A DNA stretch of 64,000 nt from Eledone cirrhosa (Eukaryota). Numbering within the stretch: position 1 is the stretch's first letter; the number at the start of each line of letters is the position of its first letter. Shown here one piece after another: positions 14,226-28,632 of the stretch. The notes under the pieces were generated by a model. The model was not told where the DNA came from. It worked only from the letters and a program-made list of their open reading frames with translations, and did no database searches. The DNA lies in NCBI GenBank assembly GCA_964016885.1, contig OZ024742.1, forward strand, positions 177,878,001 through 177,942,000, in the 5' to 3' direction. Position numbers and translations under genes: made by a program.

Positions 14226-15226
14226 TATTCAATTCTTTATCAATTTAGAATCTTTTCTCAAAGGCACATATACATACACCTCTTTAAAATATACCCATCT
14301 TCCCACCTTACTTTAAAGGGAATTATACACTCTATAATACTTGTTTACTCATTACCCTCATTCTATCTTCACCTTGTAAAATCCTTCATAATATATACAT
14401 TTATTTTTTTGACGTTAGAATATTCATCCGCAATCATTATTATTTTTTCTCTCTATCATAAATCTTTTTAATCTCAATTTCATCCTTAATTTACTATTTT
14501 TTTTTTCTCCCCATCAACGAACTCATTCTTAATACATATTAACTCTTTATTCGCATATATTATCAATTCCTTCAATATACAAACTTTAACTTCACATTAT
14601 TTTTCTCAAATCCTTCTACACACAAACCTTAATAATTTTTCTCTTCGTTAATTTTGAAATTGCCACAATACTTATCAACACACACTTTTTTTGACGTTAG
14701 AATATTCATCCACAATTATTATTTTTTCTCTCTATCTTCATACATAAATTCCCTTCGTTAATTTTCAAATTCCTTTAATTTATGTAAAACAATATATCTT
14801 TTTCTCAGTTATAAAAACTATCTCTTTCTCTCTATCACCCACCTCTCCCTCTCCATCTTCACTCTCATCTCCTCCCCCTTTTTTCATCCTTTCCACCCCC
14901 CACCCTCTCCATAAATAAAATATTCTTTCCTCGCACATATCCTCCCTTCGTTAATTTCAAATTTTTAATTTATACATTATCTTCCAACGGTTTTCAACCT
15001 CTCTATGTAAAACAATATATCTCCTCTCAGTTATAAAAACTATCTCTTTCTTTCTCTCTATCACCCATCTCTCCCTCTCATCTCCTCCCCTTTTTCATCC
15101 TCCCCCCCCCCCTCTCTAAATAAAATATTTTTCCCAATATCACACATCAATCTAAAACCACTTTTCATATGTTGATTTAAAACTGCACTATCCACAAGTG
15201 TTTTTTAGCCTTCATATCATGTTCTC

Positions 15227-15299
15227 CTGTTTTATCTGATGAAAACACAAATATTATTGCATGATGATGTTTGTTTTTGAAATGCGCATAATAAAATAG
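15227..15299 (+). ncRNA. Minimal type I hammerhead ribozyme in the PLE 3' end
   Basis: ctgttttat-CTGATGA (15236-15242)-helix II-GAA-ATGCGCAT-A-ataaaatag. Confidence 0.85.
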
Positions 15300-15419
15300 A
15301 TGGAACTCCTTTAACCATCTTTTGATCTTATATTATGTATACTCCAGTCCTACAAACTGTAGAGTGCTTCTTATCCGATATCTGCATTGCTTTATTGTAC
15401 TACAATAAAACTCACCTCC

Positions 15420-15453
<34 letters not shown>

Positions 15454-16158
15454 TATATATGTATGTATCTGTATTTGTATATTTGTTTGACAATGTGTAT
15501 CTATCTATGTGTATATTTATATATGTACACATGTGTATGTGTACGTGCGTACAGATCTGTATATGCAGGGGTGTTTTACTGTGTGTATGTATGTGTATGT
15601 ATGTATGCAACTTATTTATTTGACAATGTGTATATGTATGATGTATGTGTATGTGTGAGTGTGTGTATATACGTGTACAGATGGGTTTTTTATGTGCGTA
15701 TGTATGTATGTATATTAGTATAGTTGTTCGACAAAGTGTATATATATGTGTGTATGTATGACGTATATGTATGTGTGTATATACGATGTATATGTATGTG
15801 TAAGTGTGAGTATGTGTATATATATATATATATATGTGTGTGTGTATGTGTACAGATATGGGTGTTTTTATGAGCGTATGTATGGGTATGTATGTGTATG
15901 TATGTGTATGTATGTCTATGTATGTATGTGTATGTATGTATGTGCATGTATTCTATGTATGTCTATGTATGTCTATGTATGTATGTCTATGTATGTCTAT
16001 GTATGTATGTCTATGTACGTCTATGTATGTATATGTATGTATATGTATGTCTATGTATGTCTATGTATGTATGTCTATGTATGTCTATGTATGTATATCT
16101 ATGCATGTCTATGTATATCTATGTATGTATGTATCTATACTTGTATATTTGTTTGACA

Positions 16159-16238
<80 letters not shown>

Positions 16239-17260
16239 ATGTGTGAGTATGTGTATATATGTGTGTGTACCGATGCGTATAGGTATGGGTGTTTGTATGT
16301 GCGTATGTATGTCTATGCATGTCTATGTATGTGTATGTATGTCTACGTATATATGTGTATGTAAGTCTATGTATGTATGTATCTATATTTGTATATTTAA
16401 TGTATGTATGTGTGTATGTGAATATTTATATATGTGTATGTGTGCGTGCGTACAGGTGCGTATATGTGTATGTATCTATATTTGTTTGACAATATGTATG
16501 TGTGAGTAGTTGTATATATGTGTGTGTACAGATGCGTATATGTATGGGTGTTCGTATGTACGTATGTGTGTGTATTTATGTATATCGATATTTGTATATT
16601 TGTTTGACAATTGTAAGTGTGTGTTTGTGTATGCATGTGTGTGTGTAGAGAGAGAGATGAGTATGTGTATGTATGTGTACAAATGCCTATGTATGTGTAC
16701 AGATGCCTATGTATGTATCTATATTTGTATATTTGGATGACAATGTTATGTATGTATGTATGTATGTGTGAGTATGTGTATTTAAATGTGTATGTGTGTA
16801 TGTGTATATATGTGTGTGTGTGTATATATGTATGAGTGTTTTTTTGTGCGTATATATGTGTATGTATGTATGCATGAGTGTTTTTATGTACGTAATATAT
16901 GTGTATGTGTGTATGTTGTATGTATGTATCTATATTTGTATATTTGTTTGACAATGTGTATTTGTATGTCTGCGTGTATGTATGTGTATGTTGTTGTATG
17001 TTTGCGTATACTTATGTGTATATAGATGCGTAGGTGTCTATGTGTATCTATGTGTATACGTATCTATATATATATGTATAAGTGTGTATGTGTGCACAAG
17101 AGTGTGTGAATATGCGAGAGAATATTTGTATATATGTGTTTATTTGCGCCAGTGCTTCTCTCAATCTGTGTCGCACAGTCAATATATACATACATACATA
17201 CTGTGTTTGTGTGTGTGTGTGTGCGTGCGTGCGGTTGTATTTGTGTGTGCGTGTGTGTGT
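15420..17260. repeat. Complex TA/TG/TATG/TCTATG satellite
   Basis: Directly visible, with periodic gtatatttgtttgacaa anchors. Confidence 0.85.
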
Positions 17261-17525
17261 GTGTTTTTTGGTGTTTTTGTGTTTATATATAAATAAGTGG
17301 TAATGTGAAAGAGCTTATACGTTCCTATATGTCTATATTGTTAATGAAGATTTCTTTATTTTTATATTTACCAATGAATATCCCCTATATATAAAGACAA
17401 AGAAAACAACTATAGATGCATACATATATATACGTATATATATGTATATATATGTGTGTGTGTGTTTATATATATGTAAAAATATATATGTATGTATATA
17501 TATGCATATATATTTATACATATAT

Positions 17526-17562
<37 letters not shown>

Positions 17563-17613
17563 GTGTGTGTGTGTTTACCTATATGTAAATATATATATGT
17601 ATATATATATATT

Positions 17614-17645
<32 letters not shown>

Positions 17646-17651
17646 TATACG

Positions 17652-17720
<69 letters not shown>

Positions 17721-17722
17721 TT

Positions 17723-17760
17723 CATTGCTTTATTGTACTACAATAAAACTCACCTCCTAC
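17723..17760 (+). mobile_element. Orphan PLE 3' tail inside (TA)n
   Basis: cattgctttattgtactacaataaaactcacctcctac, identical to the termini at ~11958-11995 and ~15385-15422. Confidence 0.85.
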
Positions 17761-17763
17761 AAA

Positions 17764-17803
<40 letters not shown>

Positions 17804-17843
17804 CATATATATATTTACATATAGTTAAACACACATATATGTG

Positions 17844-17945
<102 letters not shown>

Positions 17946-18126
17946 CAATACGCACATAATACACACAAACACACACACATGCATAAATCTGTGTGTTTGT
18001 GTGTAATATGAAGAAAAATACAGTATTCTTAAAAGTATTCCAAGATTTGTTCTGTCCTCACCAGAAAGGAAAAAAAATATTATGATGTTGATAATGATGA
18101 TAATGACGATCGTCGTGTTGATGAGG

Positions 18127-18275
<149 letters not shown>

Positions 18276-18561
18276 CAACAACAAACAACAACAATAAAGT
18301 ATGTTTTTTGGTATTTTTATATGTTTATTATTTGCTAATTATTTTATTTCTTTTCTTTTCTTTTCTTTTCTTTTCTTTTGTCTAGAATCTTCTGTGGCGA
18401 ATTTTTATTCTGTTGTTTGACAAAAGACAGAAGCAAAATACAAAGGAAAACGGCATTGCTCAAGATCGTGTTTATTGTTCAATATTTATTACTTTTCATA
18501 TAACCTAAAGAACTTTCCAGGGAAAGAGCTGTTGCTTTTTATTAAACACACACACACACGC

Positions 18562-18633
<72 letters not shown>

Positions 18634-18682
18634 CATATATTTATATTTATATATATATATTTATATATATATATATATTTAT

Positions 18683-18734
<52 letters not shown>

Positions 18735-19256
18735 CATATATAGATTTTTTTCTTAATAGAAAAAAATATGTATTGTATTATATGTTAAATTGCTGCTCGT
18801 TGTTGTTTTGTTTTTTTTTTTTGTTGCTGTTGTAATTATGTAGCTCCGGGTCAGCTTTGATCAGCACGATGTTAGTCTCGGACGAACAAAAAGTGTATCA
18901 CACATATCTGTTTTTCCAGGATATGTAGGTCTCATTTAACTGTCAATAACACAATGCACTCTCCTCTGAATGTAGCGTTGTATCGTGGGCGAACACTGTT
19001 TGCGTTTGTATATGTAACACATTCTCCTCTCCGTTGTTAATATGGTAGGAACAGGAGTGAAACAAGGTTAGCTACACACTGGTAATTGATATGAGGCTGA
19101 GTAGAAAACAGCATGAGGGAGTGCTAGATACTTGTTAGGATAGATAACATCGAGTGATGAAGAGCAACAGCGGAGTAAACAGCTGAGTGAGAGCGGTGGG
19201 TGATAGATAAACGTCGCATGGGGGAAGAATCATGGTTAAGGGTAAAAGTTGGCAGT

Positions 19257-19838
19257 GATGAATATGGAGACTCCTGATGACATCTCCTCTACAATTTTTG
19301 TGATATGGGATAGATATAGAGTGAAATGTATAGTGGTAGTTACAAATTATGTTTGTAGAAGGATGGAATATAGATGAATATGGAGACTCCTGATGACATC
19401 TCCTCTACAATTTTTGTGATATGGGATAGATAGAGAGTGAAATGTATAGTGGTAGTTACAAATTATGTTTGTAGAAGGATGGAATATAGATGAATATGGA
19501 GACTCCTGATGACATCTCCTCTACAATTTTTGTGATATGGGATAGATAGAGAGTGAAATGTATAGTGGTAGTTACAAATTATGTTTGTAGAAGGATGGAA
19601 TATAGATGAATATGGAGACTCCTGATGACATCTCCTCTACAATTGTTGTGATATGGGATAGATATAGAGTGAAATGTATAGTGGTAGTAACAAATTATGT
19701 TTGTAGAAGGATGGAATATAGATGAATATGGAGACTCCTGATGACATCTCCTCTACAAGTTTTGTGATATGGGATAGATATAGAGTGAAATGTATAGTGG
19801 TAGTTGCAAATTATGTTTGTAGAAGGATGGAATATAGA
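19257..19838. repeat. Minisatellite, 116 bp x 5
   Basis: gatgaatatggagactcc begins at 19257, 19373, 19489, 19605 and 19721. Confidence 0.92.
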
Positions 19839-20285
19839 CAGAAATGTGGACCGTTACCTTGAATATGATTCAGGGTGATTGTTAGGATCATAGTGAACAA
19901 AAGAGTAGATGGAGATATAAGAGGACTATGCTGAGAAAGAGACCGTAAGGTATATTATACATCTCAACCTCTATCCCCACCTCACATTAATGACAATCTC
20001 ATCCTACTTCTATCCGTGGGCGGCTCTTCTCCATTGCGTCAGTGCGTTGTCAATCAATAGTTTGATATCCTTCTACAGACTCAAGTTACCACTATCACTC
20101 TACATCCCGTTCTCCATTAATATTTTACCTCTACACAATTAGTGTAGAACAGATGTCATCCGATATGTCCATATTCAATACGTCCAGACTCTACCGTTAA
20201 CCACCATTCTCCTCGCATACAACTCTAAGCTAATGTAGGCTAATTCCCACAGATTAAAAATCAGAGTCAAAATGTATGTGTATAT

Positions 20286-20341
<56 letters not shown>

Positions 20342-20383
20342 TTCTCTTTCTCTCACTCACCATCTCTCAATTTCTCTCTCTAC

Positions 20384-21003
20384 CCATAACTCTTAGTGGA
20401 GTCGTAGGGTCAGCGTTGTTATATACGACGTTTCCTGGGCAATTTTAAAACTTGACAGAGCCCATCTCCTCTCCAGGTCTGAACACAGCCGATTTCCTAC
20501 AGATTACGGAGGAAATAAGAAAAATATGTAGAAGAATCCACCCTAATACTAAATTGAGACATTTTTTATCGACCTCGGAAAGATGAAAGGTAAAGTTGAC
20601 CTCGGTGAGATTTGAACTCAGAGGACTGAAAGCCGGAATGAATACTGCAAAGCATTCTATCCGACGTTCTAAAAACTCTGAATTCACCACCCCTGTCTAT
20701 TATTATGCATGGTTCCGTAACTCTTGAGTGAGTCGTAAGGCATCATATTAACGTACGTTTCTAAGCCATTTTTTAAAACCTGGCGTAGCCCATTTTCTCT
20801 CCAGGTCTGACTACAACAGATTTCTTCCAGGGGATATAGAATGAAAATATGGAAGTAAGGACGAGATGAAGAGGACGAATCTACCTTAGTACTTGACTGG
20901 TACTTACTTTATCGACCTTGAATAGATGAAAGTTAACCTCGGCGGGACAAGAACTCAGAAAGCAGTGAGCCGAAATGAATACCGCAAAGCACTCTATCCG
21001 ACG
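20384..21003 (-). mobile_element. Two diverged tandem units, each containing a SINE A-like body
   Basis: Both carry ctctccaggtctga and tttatcgacc...gatgaaag...acctcgg...gaactcaga...ctatccgacg. Confidence 0.65.
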
Positions 21004-21303
21004 AAAGGTTGATTACTTTTGGATATCTCATTAATATATACGCTTCAGTTCATAGCACATAAATGTTAAGACCACTAGAATTCATAAAGTTGATAGGCCC
21101 TGATCTTAAATTTGCTCCGGCTATGTTACATCAGGTTATTCCTGCAGTTTCTGATATCTAATGTAGTGAATTTACACCCTTTGTCTAGGATACATAATCC
21201 AAACTAGTAACATGTTTCGGCTCTACCATCAATTCTCACCCTATAATATTGTCATTAATCATTATTCATTGCACAAAATTATTAATACAGTGTACGTATA
21301 TAT

Positions 21304-21401
<98 letters not shown>

Positions 21402-22090
21402 TCACATATAGATATAGATATATGCGTGTAAATGTGTGTGTGTGCGTGTGTGCGTGTAGGAGTGTGAGGGTAAGTGTGTTTTAATATGTGCGTTTATCTT
21501 CATATAGAGGTGAGATAGTTGAAGATTCCTTTTTTTAAATACATTTTTCGAATATATTCATTCATATTAATATATATAGTTATTATATATAATATATATA
21601 TATGCATAATTACACACACATATATATATATGCATAATTACACACATATATAAATATGCATATATATATATATACATGGTGGCTGCCAACTCGTTTTCGA
21701 GTACGGCCACTACTTTATATCCATGTAGGAGAACCCCTACCGATGCGCTGAACGAGTGTGACTTTTTAGTCCAGCCAGCGACTTGGAAACTCTGGTACAA
21801 ACACTACACTTGTGACAATTATTGACACATAGTGTTGGGCCCATGGTACCATGTGACGACAAGTGCAGAGAGATCTCCAGATATAAAGCAATGCCTGTGC
21901 CGTGAAGATTTTATAGTGAGCAAAGGCACTGCACAACGCCAGTCCCACTCTCTTAACCAAGATGATATTTACCAAAAAGAAGAACAAGTCAACATCATTG
22001 GATACCATCAGGGTTGCAGGTGTTATATCAGAGTTTTCCTTCTCCTAGAATTCTGCCTTGACAAAGGCTAAGGGGTCATCTCTCCCATAT

Positions 22091-22130
<40 letters not shown>

Positions 22131-23740
22131 ACTTATATATTATGAAATACTGTTGGCTTCTTGCTCACAATAATTTCTATATTTTCATATATAAATATAT
22201 ATATATATATATATTTTATATTATTTTATATTATATATATTTTATATTATATATATATATTTTATATTATTTTATTTCATTTTATTTTATTTTATTTGGA
22301 TTCTTCTTTGGATACCCCCCCCCCCCCATGTACACATAAACTTATTGCTAACCCCTTCAAATATATTATGATTATATTTAATCCCCCCTTTTTTATGCTC
22401 CTTTCTATTATATAATACAGTATATTGATTATGATTTTATGCTCCTTTGTATCCTGCATACATTTCTTTTTTTCTGTCCCTATTAGCCTACCATAATTCT
22501 GCTTAAGTCAGTTTTTTAGATATCGTTATGTAAATGATAGTAGATTATTTCATTCCTTTCTATATATATTTATAGTGAAATATTAATGTTTACGGATTTT
22601 GATCACTTAAACCATAGCTAATATTGTATTGCCTTATTAGGTATTTTAAATATTTTCAATATTAATTTATCAAATAGGGTTTTCTAGTCATTTATCCGGG
22701 TTGTTTCCTAAGTTTTTACTTAACTGCATGTGAGACCTAAGTAAATACTTTTGTTTTTGTTTTTTGATTTCCGGTCGATTTTATTTATTTATTTATCAAT
22801 ACTACTGTGCATAGTATTGTCTGGCCCTTATTCACTCATTCACATATGTGTCTGTTTACCAACCTTGTAATTATAAGTAATTATATATTATATTATGTTC
22901 ATTATTTTATATTGAAGTTGTTATTCAACTCTTTGTAAATGTAATATTGATCTTTGTTACTTACCGATGATTTTATGTACCATTATGATATGTTAAATTT
23001 TATATATCATGTAAGATGTTTATATATTTTTGTACCATCATAATTTTGGGTATTGTACAATTTATATTTTTTTCTCACCTGCTCTCTAACTCTATATGAA
23101 TTGATTTGTTAACTTACATGCCATTATATATTATATATTATTATATTATTATTATAGTGTTATTGTGACATCTATATTGTTTGTGTAAATTAACCGGAGA
23201 TTATCTATTATATTATATTATATATTATATAATTATATAGTCTATTATATATTATATGTGTTACTTTTAATCATTTCATTACTTCATGTTATACTGTATA
23301 TTAGATATACGTATTATTTTTATTTTTATTCCTATTATGCTTATTTATATTTAAACTCTTAATAAGGTTTAATTTGTGCTGTTAATGATGGAAATGTGTA
23401 TTGATGTATATGTATATGTGCGTACGTGTGCGTATATATATACATATGTATAGTGTGCCTTTTAATTTTAATTTTAATTTTAATATTGTTACAAGTATAT
23501 TCTATTATATTATATTGTATTACATATAGTACAATAATTCCCGCTCTATATAACCACCTTTGTTTAGCTCTAGTTTTTTGCTTTGGACTATATTTGTAAT
23601 ATGGTGCAAAATGTTATCCACCTCCTTAGTGATTTTTATTATATTTTTACCCATAATCTTCCAATACTTTAGTGTATGTACACTCCATATTCTTCGGGGT
23701 TTTCGGCTTGTATTGGCCGATAGTGCTTCTTGTGGTTTTG

Positions 23741-23785
23741 ATTGCCCTGATGAGTCCTTAATAGGACGAAACATTGTTGACTAAT
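23741..23785 (+). ncRNA. Minimal type I hammerhead ribozyme, partly decayed, near the 3' end of an AT-rich PLE-like repeat (~22300-23935)
   Basis: attgcc-CTGATGA (23747-23753)-gtcct taat aggac-GAA-ACATTGT-T-gactaat; core and helix II intact; GUU triplet and a helix I mismatch consistent with CpG decay of GTCGGC. Confidence 0.7.
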
Positions 23786-23928
23786 AAAGACTTTTGATGT
23801 ATTGAAGGCTTCTTTGTTTTATTTTCATAATTCTTCGGCTCTGTTTAATTACATTGAGCTATACCTTTTACTGTCATTTCTATAATACGAAGAGGGTGTT
23901 TAACTCCAACACCCTCCAGTATTTTAAT

Positions 23929-23985
<57 letters not shown>

Positions 23986-23988
<3 letters not shown>

Positions 23989-24820
23989 GGTGTGGACGAT
24001 ATTTGTTCGCAATTTTCAACTGCTAATTTTATGCAAATGTTTTTTACTTCCGTTGTCACTCTTGTCTTCATAAAAACAGTGACTATATTTCCATTATTTA
24101 CTTTCAGAATAATTGATTATGAATAATTTTGAACCTCCAAATTTGTGGAAGAGACACGGAGATCTTGGAATCCGCCCCGGTAGGACTTCCAAGACCAGAA
24201 GATCAACACCCAGAATAACAGGTGGCTCGCTGCCAAAGACGTGCCCAGAGTCATGCAGACAAAGTTTCCAGCGACAACATTGGTCTTAGGTGTCGTCAGC
24301 AGTCAAGGTGACGTCATGCCACCTCACTTCTTCCCTGAGGTCCTCAAGCTCAACACCGATGGCTACATCCGCGTTCTGAGCAAGGTAGTAATGCCCTGGA
24401 TCGACCAGGTAGCTGTAGGTAGGCCGTACGTGTGGCAGCAAGACTCAGCGCCCTGCCATACCAGCCGAAAGACCCAAGCCTGGCTGTCAGAGAACTCGTC
24501 GACCACACTTCACCTGACATCTGGCCTCCCAGCTCGCCTGGCTGCAACCCCCTCGACTTCTTTGCGTGGGGCGCAGTGGAACAAGACACCAACAGATCTA
24601 GCTGCAATATGAAAGACGTTTGAAGGCCAGGATCACAAGTGCCTTTAGGGGCCTAAGTCAGGAACAGTGACGAAGGCCTGTAGCCGGTTCCGAGGCCGCC
24701 TTGAGGCCGTCATCAAAGCCAATGGCGAGTTTATCGAGACAAACTGACCCAAGTTTGATAAATAAATCTTTAAAAATAAAACTACCCTGTTACTTTTTAC
24801 TAGACAGTAATCTTGCTGTA
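23986..24820 (+). mobile_element. Internally deleted Tc1/mariner-superfamily transposon, DD37D (maT) type
   Basis: TA|CAGGGTG left end; transposase C-half YVWQQDSAPCHTS...WPPSSPGCNPLDFFAW with one frameshift near 24497; repairing it gives 37 residues between the 2nd and 3rd Asp; right TIR not seen. Confidence 0.8.
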
Positions 24821-24821
24821 A

Positions 24822-24850
24822 TTATTGTACTACAATAAAACTCACCTCCT

Positions 24851-24852
<2 letters not shown>
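24822..24852 (+). mobile_element. Orphan PLE 3' tail
   Basis: ttattgtactacaataaaactcacctcctac followed by (CA)/(TA)n. Confidence 0.8.
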
Positions 24853-24907
<55 letters not shown>

Positions 24908-24913
<6 letters not shown>

Positions 24914-25175
24914 TAACAGATAAAAGTTTAAGCAAAGAATCGGTACTTTCACCCTTAACGGGATCTTCTGAAACTAAAAAAATCAATCCTGCGTTCACAG
25001 ATTGATTATTTTAGTTTCAGAAGATCCCGTTAAGGGTGAAAGTAGTTATTCTTTGCTTAAACTTTAATCTGTTACTTTAATAAATATTTGTTCTACGGTT
25101 CTTATATATTTGATATATATTTATCCTTATCGAGCCCTCTTTGGATTTTAGTCTACAAATTTATTATTATTACTA
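24908..25175 (+). mobile_element. Fold-back PLE-like insertion (~75 bp arms plus ~95 nt tail)
   Basis: 24908-24988 inverted to ~25001-25082; tail shared with 10990-11092; (TA)n flanks. Confidence 0.75.
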
Positions 25176-25194
25176 TATATATATATATATATAA

Positions 25195-25890
25195 GAGAGT
25201 ATTGAAGTTTGCTTGAAGCATTGTGGAATAATAGGTAAATATCTTTAAGTCGTTTGGAAGCCTTGACACTGCAAATGGGTAAATCTCCGGGTGACAAGAT
25301 CTGGAGGTGGAGAGAGAGATGTAAGTGGGTGTACGTTGAGATGCGTGGTGTGTATAAGACGTGTAGAGGAATGAAGGAAAGAGTATAAAGGATAAAATAA
25401 AAATAACAACACGAGAGAGAGTTACCTTGGGAGAGATTTAATTGTCCCTATATATTTCGGATTCACATCCACCAACTGGGGGTTTTTTCCGGGGTGGGGG
25501 AAAGGTTGTCTGTCGGAAAGGTGCGAAACGCGTCCTCCGCTGTTTGTTGTTTTGAATATCGATATTCAAAACAACAAACAGCGGAGGACGCGTTTCGCAC
25601 CTTTCCGACAGACAACCTTTCCCCCACCCCGGAAAAAACCCCCAGTTGGTGGATGTGAATCCGAAATATATAGGGACAATTAAATCTCTCCCAAGGTAAC
25701 TCTCTCTCGTGTTGTTATTTTTATTTTATCCTTTATACTCTTTCCTTCATTCCTCTACACGTCTTATACACACCACGCATCTCAACGTACACCCACTTAC
25801 ATCTCTCTCTCCACCACCGGATCTTATTACCCGGAGATTTACCCATTTGCATTGTCGAGGCTTCCAAACGACTTAAAGATATTTACCTAT
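25195..25890 (-). mobile_element. Fold-back PLE-like insertion: ~330 bp zero-spacer palindrome plus ~36 nt tail
   Basis: Centre gaatatc|gatattc at 25560/25561; arms differ at a few positions near the outer ends; the tail also occurs alone at 54907-54944; hammerhead-like remnant ccc-CAGTTGGT-ggat gtga atcc-GAA-ATATAT-A-ggg. Confidence 0.8.
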
Positions 25891-25997
25891 ATATATATAT
25901 ATTTCGTTTCTGAATTTGTTTAGCAAGATTCTTTATCTGAAAACGTGTGTTGAAACCGATATTGTTATTGGCAACATGACCCTCCCAAAGTATAACA

Positions 25998-26117
<120 letters not shown>

Positions 26118-28087
26118 GCATAATTGCATATACATATATATTATAGATAAATACTATTAAACATACACACGCATCTTATCGCTTTCATTTTCAAACAGAT
26201 TCCCTGAAAGATAGTGAAAAAGAGAGAAAGAAAGCGGTTTGAAAGAGATAGAGACTTATAGAAAGACCATATAGAATAGAGAAGAGAGACAATGGAGATA
26301 ATTAGATAGATCGATAGATTTGAGTGCAGTGTTGCATACAGAGGAATTATATATTCAAATATCCACTGAGAATCATTTTCATTTCAACAGAATCGTATTT
26401 ATTTAGGAATAATTTCCGCTGTTTGATTTCTTGAATAAAAGTTACCTTCTTATTCCTAATTGTTATTCTACTCTTGTAGAAGTGAGACCAAATAATATTG
26501 AATTCCAGATTCTATTGCCAAAATTCCTGCATCACTACACCAAAAAGCTGATGTCATTTTTAACAGTTCGCTTAAGAGACTCTTGAACAATACCGAGAAT
26601 ATTGTTCAATTAAATATCTAATTTTGGTTTAAGTCACTGATGAGTGTTTTGTAGTGATAGAAGTGGAGACATATGTAAGGAGGTGAGTGTGCGTGTTTGT
26701 GTATCAGAGAAAGTAAGAGAATGAGGGAGGATGTGTATGTGTGTTTAATTAGCGTTTGGTAGGTGAAGATTGGTGGTGTCCATTGGCTGGTGGTTTGATC
26801 GTAGTGGCTATATGGTTGCTGTCTGGTATTGGTTGGTAATTGTTCGTGGTTTGTTTGTTGTATTAACTGTAAATTTCTTGTAATTCGTAGTTCATGTTTA
26901 GTGGCTGGTGTGTTATGTATTCAGTTTCGTGTTTGCTCTTATTACCGTGTGGCTTTTAATTGCTGGTGAAAGGTTAGTGTTCAACTGAAATATCTAAGGA
27001 TCTGTGTATGTAAACGAAGATTTGGGTAAGATAAGTATAGAAAAGATTTAATTTCTTCGTAGGGCGTTTAGCAGTGTGCGTTTCTTGCCAGACCATATGG
27101 GTTAGCCACAATATGAACCACACGGGTCAAAGATAGGGGTCATTTTGCTAATTTTAAAGGGCAGGAATCAGTGTTGAAGTGGTAGATTTAACAGAGAGAG
27201 AGGATACAGTGCATTAACAGGCAAAATTTAGAATATTTGTGAATATATATTTCAATATCATTTTAAAGGTCTTTTATTACCCTGGGTATTGCATAAAATG
27301 TTTGTGGACAGAGGTTATGCTGTATTTGTTATGAGCACAGTACTGTAATATTGTTTACATTGTGCTGTATCAGTAACTTTTTAAGGGTACTGACCTTGAG
27401 ATGGAAAGAAACCATATGGAATATAAAATCCCAAATAGTTTACAATGGAAATAGGCTTATTAGATATGTCTTTTAGACGACAGAATACTGAGCTTAAAGT
27501 GACAAGTATACATTCTATCACAGTAGATTACTAGACTTCCCAAATAATCTGTTTGTTACTTACTGAGTTTTCAAATGTTTATACTAATATAGCATCAGTG
27601 TACTTTTAAGACAATATACCACATTTACAAGGTTTCAGGAGGATAGTACAAGCAAAAGGAAAACCATTTGTATACACAATTACAAGGTGAAATAGTTTAT
27701 ATAACCATTTAAATACACACAAAACATGCTATATTCACTGTTCGGGAAAATCTTATTACATTTTCTAAAAAGAATGATACTTAAATTTACTATGTATTAT
27801 GAATTATAAAAACGTTCCCCTGTAATTCTACGATCCGTTCTATGACTGCAGATGCCTTGGAAATGTGACAGTTGCCATCTTGCAGGAACTATTTAGTAAT
27901 TCATAATAAACATCACTCTTAATAATGCAAATATTCCTCAGATGTGACAGTAGTATGAATGTATTTACAACAGTTTTCGTGTGTTTTTAAATAGGTACAC
28001 AGATTCTAGCATCTTCAACACAGTCTCAGGTGAAATCATTTGCTAACACCGAAACTCAAAGATTTAAGAGCTCATTGATTTGAAATA

Positions 28088-28198
<111 letters not shown>

Positions 28199-28392
28199 AA
28201 TAAATACATTCATGCATATATACTCATATATTTATATATGTATGTGTGTGCGTATGTGTGCGGTTGTATTATACATGTATGTATATATAAGCATATATAT
28301 AAACTATGTACATATATATGTAAATATATATATAAATAGATATATATATACGTAGATATATATACATACATATATATACATATATATACGTG

Positions 28393-28425
<33 letters not shown>

Positions 28426-28550
28426 CTGTGTGTGTGTGGGTATTATATATATATATATTACTCTATTACTCTATTACTCTATTACGTGTTCAAGCCGTGA
28501 AGCTGAGGCCATTCTAAAGTAACGTCATATATATATATATGTGAGCGTAT

Positions 28551-28584
28551 ACAATTTTATGTTTTCCTGAAACAAATTAATACT

Positions 28585-28632
<48 letters not shown>

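Larger units (their letters stand above)
12015..15422 (+). mobile_element. 5'-truncated Penelope-like element (Naiad-like) with ~1.45 kb inverted arm
   Basis: 12015-13458 is the reverse complement of ~13889-15337; the forward arm carries RT-thumb/linker/GIY-YIG coding, ~1 kb 3' UTR, a hammerhead and a tail; (TA)n on both sides. Confidence 0.88.

Noticed and set aside
19257-19838. Tandem hammerhead satellite (CTGATGA...GAAATGTATA in each unit) or CRISPR-like array
   Set aside because: No convincing helix I or II, and the homologous inverted copy lacks CTGATGA; units have no unique spacers
21204-21235. Minus-strand ttgatgg..gccGAAACATGTT
   Set aside because: Only the 3' half resembles a hammerhead
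25012-25055. Hammerhead-like CAGAAGA-tccc gttaa gggt-GAAA in the 24908/10799 family
   Set aside because: U4 is A in all three copies and there is no consistent helix III, NUH or helix I; not called as a ribozyme
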